The position numbers and the translations under genes were made by a program. The notes beneath the pieces were generated by a model. That model saw only the letters and a list, made by a program, of their open reading frames with translations, was not told the origin of the DNA and ran no database searches. DNA of 45,684 nucleotides, from NCBI GenBank assembly GCA_964444075.1, contig CAYUFF010000002.1:1-45684 (forward strand), written 5' to 3'. The number at the start of each line of letters is the position of its first letter. Within the stretch, counting starts at the first letter, position 1. Below, one piece after another: positions 1-8,579 of this stretch. The DNA comes from an uncultured archaeon. Its GTDB lineage: Archaea > Aenigmatarchaeota > Aenigmatarchaeia > CG10238-14 > SCSR01.

Positions 1-307
1 GGGTGGATTGAAGCTCGGGTGGAGAAAGCCCGTCTATCATCGACGAGTTTACGGAGTTCGGCTTGATGAGGGAGGGGTTGAGGTAACCTTCTTGCGTGCT
101 CGCGGGGACGTAATCTCCTCCGAGGGTCGTGTAGATATCCTTCAGCAAATGGTGGGCCGGGGAGCGCTGGATCACTTCCTGTTGGGTTAGAGCGGTGGCT
201 AGCTTGAGAGCCGCGAGGGAGCATGTTAGGAGTAGCGCGACGAGGAGGAGCGAGCGCCCCCTTCCTCTGGGAAGCTTCGGTAGCTTTCCGCGGAGCGAGG
301 AGAGCAT
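1..307 (-). CDS. 5' part of a gene for a secreted or membrane-anchored protein; it runs off the left edge of the window
   Basis: Own reverse-complement reading. ATG at 307-305 opens a frame with no stop down to position 1 (MLSSLRGKLPKLPRGRGRSLLLVALLLTCSLAALKLATALTQQEV...), with a basic n-region followed by a hydrophobic helix. It is absent from the ORF track because it has no stop in the window. The 8..190 + ORF is its antisense shadow. Confidence 0.45.
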   Translation of the reverse strand, partial: MLSSLRGKLPKLPRGRGRSLLLVALLLTCSLAALKLATALTQQEVIQRSPAHHLLKDIYTTLGGDYVPASTQEGYLNPSLIKPNSVNSSMIDGLSPPELQST

Positions 308-384
308 GTTATTGATAGATTGTTACGACGCGCACTTAAAGGTTTCCTAGCCTGTTGTTATGCTGGAGTCACCCGAGAAAAAAC

Positions 385-400
385 GAAAAGCTTTTTAAAG
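385..400 (+). promoter_or_regulatory. BRE/TATA-like box upstream of tuf
   Basis: gaaaagctttttaaag lies about 38 nt upstream of the ATG at 434. A GGTGA Shine-Dalgarno-like element sits at 425-429, 5 nt before the ATG. Confidence 0.4.
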
Positions 401-433
401 GTTTAAGGTAAATTTAACAAAGTCGGTGAAAGC

Positions 434-1708
434 ATGGCAGAAAAACCTCACCTTAACCTCGTAACGATAGGCCACGTAGACCACGGAAAATCTACGTTAA
501 TAGGAAGGCTCCTCTTCGAGACCGGGGTGGTTAAGGAAGAGGAGATCCAACAGTTAAAGGAGATTGCAAAGGAGTACAAGAAGGAAGGTTGGGAGTTCGC
601 TTACGTCCTCGACAAAACGAAGGAAGAAAGGGCGAGGGGTCTAACCATCGACATAATGCACAGGCCTTTTGAGACCAACAAGTATTTCTTCACGATAATA
701 GACGCCCCCGGTCACAGGGACTTCGTTAAAAACATGATTACTGGAGCGAGCCAAGCCGACGCCGCCCTCCTAGTAGTTTCTGCGAAGCCGGGAGAGGGCG
801 TGCAACAGCAGACGAAGGAGCACGCTTACCTAGCGAAGGTGCTCGGTATCGACCAGCTCATCGTCGCCATAACGAAGATGGACCTCGCGAACTGGGATCA
901 AAAGAGGTACGAAGAGGTGAAGGAGCAAGTGATAAACCTGTTGAAGCCTCTCGGCTACGACGTCGACAAGATAGATTTCATACCCGTTTCCGGACAGCAG
1001 GGAGACAACTTGATAAAACCGTCCGAGAAGACGCCGTGGTACTCCGGGCCGACGTTGATAGAAGCGCTAGACAAACTCCAAGTTCCGAAAAGGCCGATCG
1101 ACAAGCCACTCAGGATCCCTATCCAAGACGTCTTCTCCATCACCGGAGTAGGAACTGTACCCGTAGGAAGGGTTGAAACTGGCGTGCTGAAGGTGGGGGA
1201 GACGGTCGTCTTCGAACCTGCCGGAGTCAAGGGCGAAGTGAAGTCCATCGAAATCCACCACCAGCCGATCAAGGAGGCGAAGCCAGGAGATAACATAGGT
1301 TTCAACGTAAGGGGTGTGAGCAAAACCGACATAAGGAGGGGAGACGTAGCGGGACACCCAGACAACCCACCGACGGTCGTGAAAGAGTTCACAGGTCAAA
1401 TAGTCGTGCTGCAACACCCGACGGTGATCGCCGCTGGCTACACTCCTGTCTTCCACTGCCACACGGCGAGCGTCGCTTGTAAGATAGCAGAACTGATAGC
1501 AAAGATCGACCCAAGGACCGGGCAGGTCATCCAAGAGAATCCAGACTTCATCAAGCCTGGAGAGGCCGCGAAGATCAAGGTCGTTCCTACCAAGCCTATG
1601 GTGATAGAGCCTCAGTCGGAGTTCCCAGAGTTAGCCAGGTTTGCGATAAGGGACATGGGAATTACCGTGGCGGCTGGCGTTTGTTTGGAGGTCGTGAAAG
1701 CTAAGTAG
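434..1708 (+). CDS. tuf: translation elongation factor aEF-1alpha (EF-Tu family GTPase)
   Basis: G1 [10 protein letters not shown]3 DAPGH, G4 NKMD-equivalent TKMD. Full-length colinear EF-1alpha sequence of 424 aa. Confidence 0.97.
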   Translation: MAEKPHLNLVTIGHVDHGKSTLIGRLLFETGVVKEEEIQQLKEIAKEYKKEGWEFAYVLDKTKEERARGLTIDIMHRPFETNKYFFTIIDAPGHRDFVKNMITGASQADAALLVVSAKPGEGVQQQTKEHAYLAKVLGIDQLIVAITKMDLANWDQKRYEEVKEQVINLLKPLGYDVDKIDFIPVSGQQGDNLIKPSEKTPWYSGPTLIEALDKLQVPKRPIDKPLRIPIQDVFSITGVGTVPVGRVETGVLKVGETVVFEPAGVKGEVKSIEIHHQPIKEAKPGDNIGFNVRGVSKTDIRRGDVAGHPDNPPTVVKEFTGQIVVLQHPTVIAAGYTPVFHCHTASVACKIAELIAKIDPRTGQVIQENPDFIKPGEAAKIKVVPTKPMVIEPQSEFPELARFAIRDMGITVAAGVCLEVVKAK

Positions 1709-1725
1709 CGCGGAATTCTGAGAAA

Positions 1726-2694
1726 ATGGGAGGGATTTTCGCCGCAGATTTTTTTATTTTGTTCGTTTCTTTGTTTTTCCTCGGTTTCTTTTCCGACATC
1801 GCGATAGAGAACGCGGTAAGGTTCGCGAAACTTTCTGGAATGGGCAAGCTCGCCGTGGGTTTTTTGCTCGTATCGTTGATCACCTCTCTTCCAGAGTTCG
1901 CCATAACGCTCTCCTCGGTGGTCGAAAGAGTCCCGAAAATTTCTCTCGGAAACTTGGTGGGAGCCGACGTGGCCAACATAACCCTCATCCTCGGAGTGGT
2001 ATCGCTCCTCGCTCCCATGCGCTTCAAAAAGGAGCACGAATTTCAACTGAGGTTTCCTCCCTTCCTCATCATCCCACCCTTACTTCTCCTGCTCCTTAAC
2101 CTCTCGCCCTCTTCACATTTTCTCGTGGGGGTTTGTCTAATAACTTTCTTTTTCTTCGTGGCGGGGCTCATCATGAAGAGGGGGATTACTCTCGAGGAGA
2201 GAAAGCCTTTCTTCCAGCATAAAAGAGAATACTTCAACTCTCTAGTCGCGATGCTCCTTAGCCTCTCCTTGGTCCTTCTGTGTGCTCACCTGATCGTCAA
2301 CCGAACTGTCAAAATCGCCAGGGCGGTAGGAATCAGCTCCTCCTTGATAGCAGCGACGTTACTTTCGTTAGGAACGACTCTCCCCGAACTCTCCACAAGC
2401 TTGTCAGCAGTGAGGAAGGGTCATCCTTCGGTGGCACTAGGCAACGTTCTGGGTAGTTGCATCGTAAACTTAAGCTTAATCCTCGGTATACTGCTCGTGC
2501 TTTCCGCACCCCAACTCCCTCAGGAAGAATTTACCACCTTGCTGCTCTTCGCAATCTCACTACCGTTGATTCTCTACGTTCTCCTCCAGGATTACGCTCT
2601 CGACAGGAAAGACGGTGCGGTGCTGTTCGTAACCTACACGATTTTCTTGGTGATACTCTTACCCGCCCCTAATTTCCTCCGCCAGTTTTTCTAA
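1726..2694 (+). CDS. Ca2+/cation antiporter (CaCA / YrbG-like Na+/Ca2+ exchanger family)
   Basis: Polytopic membrane protein with two alpha-repeat-like motifs (LITSLPEF...GNLVGADVANITLILG and LGTTLPEL...GNVLGSCIVNLSLILG). Confidence 0.85.
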   Translation: MGGIFAADFFILFVSLFFLGFFSDIAIENAVRFAKLSGMGKLAVGFLLVSLITSLPEFAITLSSVVERVPKISLGNLVGADVANITLILGVVSLLAPMRFKKEHEFQLRFPPFLIIPPLLLLLLNLSPSSHFLVGVCLITFFFFVAGLIMKRGITLEERKPFFQHKREYFNSLVAMLLSLSLVLLCAHLIVNRTVKIARAVGISSSLIAATLLSLGTTLPELSTSLSAVRKGHPSVALGNVLGSCIVNLSLILGILLVLSAPQLPQEEFTTLLLFAISLPLILYVLLQDYALDRKDGAVLFVTYTIFLVILLPAPNFLRQFF

Positions 2695-3522
2695 CCTCTT
2701 TATCCTTTCCTCGATGGGTGGATGCGTCGAAAAAAGCCTCGAAATCCACTCTCCCCTGAATGGGTTTACGATGAAGAGGTGAGAGGTCGCAAAGTTTCCC
2801 CTCTCCAACGGCACCATCCTTACACCCTCGGCTATTTTTCTCAGGGCGGAGGCGAGGCCCAGCGGTTTTTTCGAGATTATACCACCTACCCTATCGGCTT
2901 CGAACTCCCTTTCTCTAGAAATCGCGAGCTGCACGAGGGTTGCTGCCAGAGGAGCGAAGATGAGAAGAGGAAGTAAGAAGAAGCCATACCCTCCTTCCCT
3001 TTCCTCCGAGAAAACCATGAAGTACCAAGCCAGCTGCGCTAGGTATGAAATCGCCCCTCCGACGGATGCCGCTACCGTAGAGATTAAAGTATCCCTCGAT
3101 TTTATGTGCGCCAGCTCGTGGGAAAGCACTCCCTCGAGCTCTTCCTCGTCGAGTAATTCGAGCAAACCTCTCGTAACGGCCACTGCAGAATGCCTCGGAG
3201 ACCTTCCCGTAGCGAAGGCGTTCGGAGAGGGGGAATCGATCAAATAAACTCTCGGCTTTGGTATCTCCGCCTTCCTGGAGAGTTTCTCGACGATTTCGTG
3301 CAACTTTGGATTCTCCTCTTTTCTTACTTCCCTAGCTCCGTACATGGAAAGGACAATCTTATCGGAGTACCAGTAAGCGAGAAAGTTCACGGCTAAAGCT
3401 AAGAACAAAGCTATCGTCATCCCGCTAATTCCTCCTATCAAGAAACCTATACCTAGGAAAATTGCTATAAGGAGCGCGAAGAATAGCGTCGTCCTTAAAA
3501 TTCCAATCCCATTCATCTTCAT
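2659..3522 (-). CDS. htpX: M48-family zinc metalloprotease HtpX
   Basis: HELAHIKSRD (HExxH) motif, N-terminal TM helices, and a typical HtpX C-terminus (STHPPIEERIKRL). Its 3' end overlaps the convergent CaCA gene by 36 nt. Confidence 0.9.
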   Translation of the reverse strand: MKMNGIGILRTTLFFALLIAIFLGIGFLIGGISGMTIALFLALAVNFLAYWYSDKIVLSMYGAREVRKEENPKLHEIVEKLSRKAEIPKPRVYLIDSPSPNAFATGRSPRHSAVAVTRGLLELLDEEELEGVLSHELAHIKSRDTLISTVAASVGGAISYLAQLAWYFMVFSEEREGGYGFFLLPLLIFAPLAATLVQLAISREREFEADRVGGIISKKPLGLASALRKIAEGVRMVPLERGNFATSHLFIVNPFRGEWISRLFSTHPPIEERIKRLEKLAEEIRGG

Positions 3523-3788
3523 ACACCGAATCTAATTAATACCAGAAAGATTATAAAAATTACGGCAGAAAGTATCGCAAGAGTTAGCGCGACCGTCCTG
3601 TCGGTACCGCCCACTATGGGTATAGGTCCTATCCAAACGACGAATCCGCCCTCTGCCCTACTCTTTACTTTTTCTTTAGATGAAAGGGAAAGGAGCAGTA
3701 GGAGACTCCCCACGATCAACAACAGAATCCCCATGCTAATCATGAGGATCCCCAAGTTCGGGTCGAACGCCAAGAGTTTTTCCACCAT
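3519..3788 (-). CDS. small two-TM membrane protein, DUF131/TIGR00304-like
   Basis: GGFVVWIGPIPIVGG motif between two hydrophobic helices. It overlaps the htpX start by 4 nt, so they are probably an operon. I chose the internal Met (MVEKLL...). The track start at 3848 would overlap the divergent start codon at 3847 and leave no promoter space. Confidence 0.55.
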   Translation of the reverse strand: MVEKLLAFDPNLGILMISMGILLLIVGSLLLLLSLSSKEKVKSRAEGGFVVWIGPIPIVGGTDRTVALTLAILSAVIFIIFLVLIRFGV

Positions 3789-3846
3789 CTTCTCCAAAAC
3801 AAAATGATACTTTAATAAGTTTAAAGTTAACAAAAAATATTTAAGC

Positions 3847-5133
3847 ATGATGAATGTGGGCTTCGGTCAAGTTGTACGTGTGAAAAAGGAAAGAACGACC
3901 GTGTTTTCTCTTACTATGCTTTTCGTCTTACTCATCCTTTCAACTTCAGCCCTAGGAGACCTACCCTTCACCTGCACCGTAAAACCTTCCTGCGACCAGT
4001 CGACGGGTGAGAAGGTCGTGCTCAAGCTCTCCAACACGACAAACGCGCACGCCGCGCTACCTACCGAAACGTACCCTTACTCTCTCTGTTGCAAGGGAAT
4101 AGGTGGGAATTGGATTCTTGGTTTAGATTGTTCCTCCAAGTTTTCCTATAATTTTTTAAACTTATCCAACGTAACTAACGCGCATGTGGAAACGAGTCTC
4201 TACGACAACTACCATGTGAAAGCTTGTATTGCAGGCGTTGGTCTCGTAAACTGTACCTATGCTTTGGATAGCTGCCCTAAAGACTACTACTGTGTTGTTG
4301 CAATTTCCAACTGGACGAACGCGCACGTCGAAGAGTGTAACGCTGGAAACTACAGGATAAAGGTTTGCTGCAGAATTTTCAGTCATTTTATATGGAAACC
4401 TCCAGAGGAGGGTGACATCAGAAAGTTGATAGGGATTTCTGGGACTAAGGATTTTCTAAATGTTTTCTGGAAAATTTCGAGTGTGGGTGGGAAAAACCAA
4501 AGACCTTTAAACGTGACTTGCTGGCTCAACGGAGATAAGGCAAACGCCTGTCACGGGTTTAGGAGAATCAGCAGCTGCACAATATTTCATCCTAAGTATA
4601 ACTCTACACTAGAATGTACGGCTTCTGGATGTAAAGTCGGAAAAAGTATGATAACTTGCATAGTTAACGATACCGTTTATCCTATGGTAAGCAACCAAAC
4701 CTCCCTCGAATTCAGGCATATCGACCACCGGATAAAGTGTTTACCTGGTTTGAACGCTACCGTAGGTAGGCTGGATATAAGGCTGACGTTGAAAAATACC
4801 GGATTGTTGAGAGATAGATACAACGTGACGTTGGATTCTTTAACGCCAAACATTCTCACCCCCATACAAAAAAGGCTTCAAACTAACCTTCTAGCTTATG
4901 GAGAAATCGAAGATAAGACAGTAAAAATCCTCCTGCTATCTAGCGGTGAGGGTTGGTTAATCATTACTACCAATTCCACGGAGGATCCCAGGATGGGAAA
5001 CGTTGTGCGAATGAAAATTTTCACTGGTTACAAGAGTCTGAGCGGATTGAACTACGTCGCTATCACCCAGCTCTTCCTCCTAAGCTCATTAATTTTCTTG
5101 CTCTTTCAGAGGAGAGGTATAATAAAACTTTAA
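3847..5133 (+). CDS. secreted Cys-rich, sequon-rich surface protein with a triple SN-x-T-NAH repeat domain, a shared C-terminal module and a C-terminal TM anchor
   Basis: Signal peptide (..KKERTTVFSLTMLFVLLILSTSALG/D). An alternative GTG start at 3880 gives a cleaner n-region. Three repeats of about 45 aa. The C-terminal 245 aa are colinear with the C-terminal part of the 16505..18079 product. The tail is a hydrophobic stretch plus RRGIIKL. Confidence 0.8.
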   Translation: MMNVGFGQVVRVKKERTTVFSLTMLFVLLILSTSALGDLPFTCTVKPSCDQSTGEKVVLKLSNTTNAHAALPTETYPYSLCCKGIGGNWILGLDCSSKFSYNFLNLSNVTNAHVETSLYDNYHVKACIAGVGLVNCTYALDSCPKDYYCVVAISNWTNAHVEECNAGNYRIKVCCRIFSHFIWKPPEEGDIRKLIGISGTKDFLNVFWKISSVGGKNQRPLNVTCWLNGDKANACHGFRRISSCTIFHPKYNSTLECTASGCKVGKSMITCIVNDTVYPMVSNQTSLEFRHIDHRIKCLPGLNATVGRLDIRLTLKNTGLLRDRYNVTLDSLTPNILTPIQKRLQTNLLAYGEIEDKTVKILLLSSGEGWLIITTNSTEDPRMGNVVRMKIFTGYKSLSGLNYVAITQLFLLSSLIFLLFQRRGIIKL

Positions 5134-5160
5134 AGCGTTTATCAAATAGGAAATTATTCT

Positions 5161-6228
5161 ATGAAGGCTTATTTGCTCACCATTCCCGTAGGAGTAATTG
5201 CTGTTGACGAGAAGAAAAAAGTGTTGGAAACTTATTTCTTTCCCAAAGACCCTAAGCTCGCTGCTACCAAATTTCTTTCATCAGAAGAAGGAAAAATTAT
5301 CAAGGAAGAAAAGAAAGTTAAGGATTTTCTTGAGAAAAAAGGCTACGAGGTAGTCTTCCTGAAGAAAAAGAAGGGTGAAAGGTTTGAAGAGAACGTAGAA
5401 ATCGAGGATTGGGTGAGGGAGAACTTAATCAAGATTCTCCTTGAAAAAAATTTTGCTAAGGATGTATTAGAGGTTAACGAGTTGCTTTCTAAAATCAACC
5501 TTGTGATAAGCAGGGAAAGGATAAGGAAGTCCGCACGAAGGGACAGGCTCGTGATCCAAGCGACGAATGCCTTGGAAGAACTGGATAAAATAATCAACAT
5601 ACTCGCCCAAAGGTTGAGGGAGTTCTACTCTTTCCATTTTCCAGAAATGGATAGAGAGGTTTCGAGTCATGAAAGGTTCGCGAAGCTCGTGGAAAAATAC
5701 GGGAGGAGAGAAAACGTGGACGATCCTTCGTTGAAAAGGCTTGCAGAAGAGAGTGTGGGCGGAGAGTTCCGAAATACCGACGTAGAGATCTGTAGGAAGC
5801 TCGCGAAGGAATTGCTCAACCTTTATACACTAAGGGAAAGCGTTAGCGAGTATGTTGAAAAAACTGTTAGAGAACTCGCTCCTAACTTCACCGAGCTCGC
5901 AACACCACTCATAGCTGCGAAACTCATAGCGAAGGCTGGTAGCTTAGAAAAAATAGCGAAGATGGCTTCTTCGACGTTACAACTGGTAGGGGCCGAAAAA
6001 GCACTCTTCAGGTATTTAAGGGGGAAGGGAAAAAGCCCTAGGTTTGGAGTGCTTGCTATTCATCCCTTAATCCAAAGGGCACCAGAAAAGCTGAAGGGAA
6101 AGGTAGCGAGAGTGTTGGCGGCAAAGCTGAGTATGGCGGCGAAGATAGACTTTTACTCCAAGGAAAACAAAGCGGAAAAGCTGAAAAGGGAGTTAGAGAA
6201 GAAATTGGAGGAAATTGTCTCCACCTGA
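5161..6228 (+). CDS. nop5: C/D box sRNP core protein Nop5 (Nop56/58 homolog)
   Basis: Nop5 N-terminal domain, a charged coiled-coil middle, and a NOSIC/Nop domain (LIAAKLIAKAGSLEKIAKMASSTLQLVGAEKALFRYLRGKGKSPRFGVLAIHPLI). Confidence 0.92.
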   Translation: MKAYLLTIPVGVIAVDEKKKVLETYFFPKDPKLAATKFLSSEEGKIIKEEKKVKDFLEKKGYEVVFLKKKKGERFEENVEIEDWVRENLIKILLEKNFAKDVLEVNELLSKINLVISRERIRKSARRDRLVIQATNALEELDKIINILAQRLREFYSFHFPEMDREVSSHERFAKLVEKYGRRENVDDPSLKRLAEESVGGEFRNTDVEICRKLAKELLNLYTLRESVSEYVEKTVRELAPNFTELATPLIAAKLIAKAGSLEKIAKMASSTLQLVGAEKALFRYLRGKGKSPRFGVLAIHPLIQRAPEKLKGKVARVLAAKLSMAAKIDFYSKENKAEKLKRELEKKLEEIVST

Positions 6229-6232
6229 ACTT

Positions 6233-6289
6233 TTCGAGAAGTTCGACTTTTCTGTTTTACCGTCGAGGGTTTCTGAAAACCTTCTCGAA
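6233..6289 (+). other. imperfect hairpin in the nop5 3' flank
   Basis: ttcgagaag (6233-6241) is the reverse complement of cttctcgaa (6281-6289). Nested gtttt/aaaac and tcgac/gtcga pairings lie inside. It starts 5 nt after the nop5 stop. Confidence 0.3.
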
Positions 6290-6358
6290 GCCAAACTATA
6301 TTATCATTTAAACACTTAAATTATTATTATTTAAGGTAGTAAAAAAAATTATAGTGTT

Positions 6359-6898
6359 ATGATGGTCGAAAGAAATAACGAAAGTGAAAAGGAGGGTTAC
6401 GAGGAATACGAAATCGTACCCCTATCACCCTTAAGAAAGTTGGAAAGAAGGGTCCGAAGACTCGAAGCGGAAAGGAGTGTTAGTAATAAAGAACTTTTTT
6501 CCAAACTCTTGGAAGTAAGCGAAGCCAACCAAACGTTAGTAGAAAGACTCATCGAGAACGACCGCGTTTTGAGAGAAGAACTTGGTAAGCTATCGACTTT
6601 GATCGAAGACCTCGTAAACAACTTAAAGGAGTTAATCGTCTACATAAAGCTCGGAGCTTCGAGGGAAGTTTCAGGTATAGAAAAAGTCGGTGGTGAGGCT
6701 GAAACCGCGATCCCATCGACCGAGGATGTAGCCCTCAAAATCCTCCTAGAAAAATTAATCGAAGAAAACAGAAGAATCATCGAGACGAACCAAACTATAA
6801 CGGATAGACTGGAGGAGCTCAGTAGAAAGTTGGGAAGGATTCTTCATCTTCCACCACCGCTCGTAATAAGGAGGGCCACCCCCGTAGAAAGGAGGTGA
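6359..6898 (+). CDS. cytoplasmic coiled-coil protein, first gene of the type IV filament locus
   Basis: No TM segment or signal. Heptad-rich charged sequence (LRKLERRVRRLEAE..., LIEDLVNNLKELI..., LEKLIEENRRIIETNQTITDRLEEL). AT-rich promoter-like region upstream at 6300-6358. GGAGGTGAGG sits at its 3' end in front of the next gene. Confidence 0.7.
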   Translation: MMVERNNESEKEGYEEYEIVPLSPLRKLERRVRRLEAERSVSNKELFSKLLEVSEANQTLVERLIENDRVLREELGKLSTLIEDLVNNLKELIVYIKLGASREVSGIEKVGGEAETAIPSTEDVALKILLEKLIEENRRIIETNQTITDRLEELSRKLGRILHLPPPLVIRRATPVERR

Positions 6899-6904
6899 GG
6901 AAAG

Positions 6905-7507
6905 ATGAAGCTTTGTCAAGCCCACATAGTTTCCTACGTAATAGTGGCTCTCCTCGCCATAGCCTTTGCTGGAACAGGCTACGTGTGGATTAAGCCTTTG
7001 ATAGAGAAAAGGAGCGACAAAATTAAGGTAGAAGCGTTGCTTCGTGCTTTCGATCCTGACAATCCAGAATCTTTACCGAGGAAAATTGAGGAAGTTGCAA
7101 ACACTCATAGTACGACCAGGTTCACATTTCCCGAGAAGGGTGCATGGATAGTTTCGGAACAGAACAACTCATTTTCCTTCACTGTACCTTCCAAAATAAG
7201 CAACGTTGCTGTAGGGACTGGATGGGTTTCTTACACACCCGGCGTATCCTGCCCTCCGCAAACAGGAGAAATCGGTGAGTCTCCCTTTGCCGTATGCATC
7301 AGAGCTAGAAAAGTGGGTAGTATCTACGAGTTGTACTACAAAGTTACGTTCAGGGAGCTCTTCGATGAAACTTCAGGAAAAACCTACAAGGTCCAACTGA
7401 AACCCTGCGAAAGGGCAAGTGGGTATGGGGATGAAATTGTGATAAGATTTTTAGGGGTGGAAAAGACGGGAAACCACATCATTACCAAAGTTGCTTTATG
7501 TGGCTAA
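6905..7507 (+). CDS. pilin-like protein with a class III-type signal peptide (paralog A1)
   Basis: N-terminus MKLCQAHIVSYVIVALLAIAFAG (short basic n-region, small residue, Gln, about 20 hydrophobic aa). It shares DPxNPxSLPRKIEEVANT and PF.VC....YxLxxxVxFREL blocks with the next gene. Confidence 0.65.
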   Translation: MKLCQAHIVSYVIVALLAIAFAGTGYVWIKPLIEKRSDKIKVEALLRAFDPDNPESLPRKIEEVANTHSTTRFTFPEKGAWIVSEQNNSFSFTVPSKISNVAVGTGWVSYTPGVSCPPQTGEIGESPFAVCIRARKVGSIYELYYKVTFRELFDETSGKTYKVQLKPCERASGYGDEIVIRFLGVEKTGNHIITKVALCG

Positions 7508-7509
7508 GT

Positions 7510-8145
7510 ATGAAGAGCCAAGCAGAGGTAATTTCGCTCGTCTTGGTTTTTTTGATTGCTATGGGACTTCTCTACTTTACCTTCGGATGGTTCTATCCAT
7601 GGGTAGAAAGGCGAAGAGACGAGATTAAGCTTGAGAGAGTCCTGTCTAATTTCGACCCGAGCAACCCCAACTCTCTTCCGAGGAAGATTGAGGAAGTTGC
7701 AAACACTGGTGGAGTGGTCAAGTTCAGGGTTGGAGAAAGAGGTGTGTGGAACCTTTACCCTCACAACGCTCATGATCCTTTGAATAATTCCCTAGAATTC
7801 TCTTTCTTCAGTAGGATAATCACCCATAAAATTCCGCGCGGTGAGTGGAAAAGTTTTGAAGGAAAAGAATGCAAGACAACAGTAGGTAGCATCTCAGAAA
7901 AGCCGTTCCTCGTTTGTTTGAAAGCGGATGAGCAAGCGAACGGTTACCTCGTCAAGCTAAGGGTTGTTTTTAGGGAGCTTTGTTCGGTTGGGAATTGCGT
8001 TAAAATTTTGCTTTCAAGAGAAACTCCCCTATCTCCTCTTTCCTCAACTTCAAAAACAATTACTATAAGGGGTTCTGGAACAACTTCTTCCGTGGAGAGG
8101 GGAATAGTTATAATCCTTAAAGAAGTGAAAATTTCATTGGTATGA
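7510..8145 (+). CDS. pilin-like protein with a class III-type signal peptide (paralog A2)
   Basis: From the ATG at 7510 the N-terminus is MKSQAEVISLVLVFLIAMGLLYF. This start lies 2 nt after the stop of the preceding gene. The track start at 7498 adds MWLS. Tandem paralog of 6905..7507. Confidence 0.65.
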   Translation: MKSQAEVISLVLVFLIAMGLLYFTFGWFYPWVERRRDEIKLERVLSNFDPSNPNSLPRKIEEVANTGGVVKFRVGERGVWNLYPHNAHDPLNNSLEFSFFSRIITHKIPRGEWKSFEGKECKTTVGSISEKPFLVCLKADEQANGYLVKLRVVFRELCSVGNCVKILLSRETPLSPLSSTSKTITIRGSGTTSSVERGIVIILKEVKISLV

Positions 8146-8579
8146 AGAAAAAACTTCAGAGCGTCATCGTTCAGTTTATCATCTTCTTCTTAGTATGCGT
8201 GGGTGTCCTCGTTACGTTCTCGAACCTTTTCCACATCCAGTTAAGGATTACCCAAAAGGACATTCTAAGAGAAAACCTCAAACTTATAACCGAGGAGTCC
8301 TCCCAAGCAATGGTCTACGCTTCGATTACTTGTAAACAGTGCGATTACGCAAGGATAACGATCTTTCCTCCGAAGAAAATTTCCAACGTTCATTACAAGG
8401 TTGAAACTTCTTCCCGTGGTTTGGAGACGACTTCTTTTAGTTCACGATTCAACGAAAGTTGGGTGTCTCCTGTATTCAACTTAAACTACACACTTTCCCT
8501 TCAACCTGAGGAATGGTATTCTGGTAGAAATTTAACTTTAATTTTCCAAAGAAGAAACTATAAACTATGGATAGGGTGA
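8142..8579 (+). CDS. small pilin-like protein with a class III-type signal peptide
   Basis: MKKKLQSVIVQFIIFFLVCVGVLVTF. 4-nt ATGA overlap with the upstream gene. Confidence 0.55.
   Translation: MKKKLQSVIVQFIIFFLVCVGVLVTFSNLFHIQLRITQKDILRENLKLITEESSQAMVYASITCKQCDYARITIFPPKKISNVHYKVETSSRGLETTSFSSRFNESWVSPVFNLNYTLSLQPEEWYSGRNLTLIFQRRNYKLWIG

Noticed and set aside
955-1534. Two minus-strand ORFs (145 and 155 aa) inside tuf.
   Set aside because: They are antisense to a highly conserved EF-1alpha coding sequence. They have no motifs and an odd composition.
3519-3848. A prepilin peptidase candidate near the filament locus (a small multi-TM protein next to htpX).
   Set aside because: It has only two TM helices and no paired Asp motifs. 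It carries the GPIPI motif of the DUF131 family instead.
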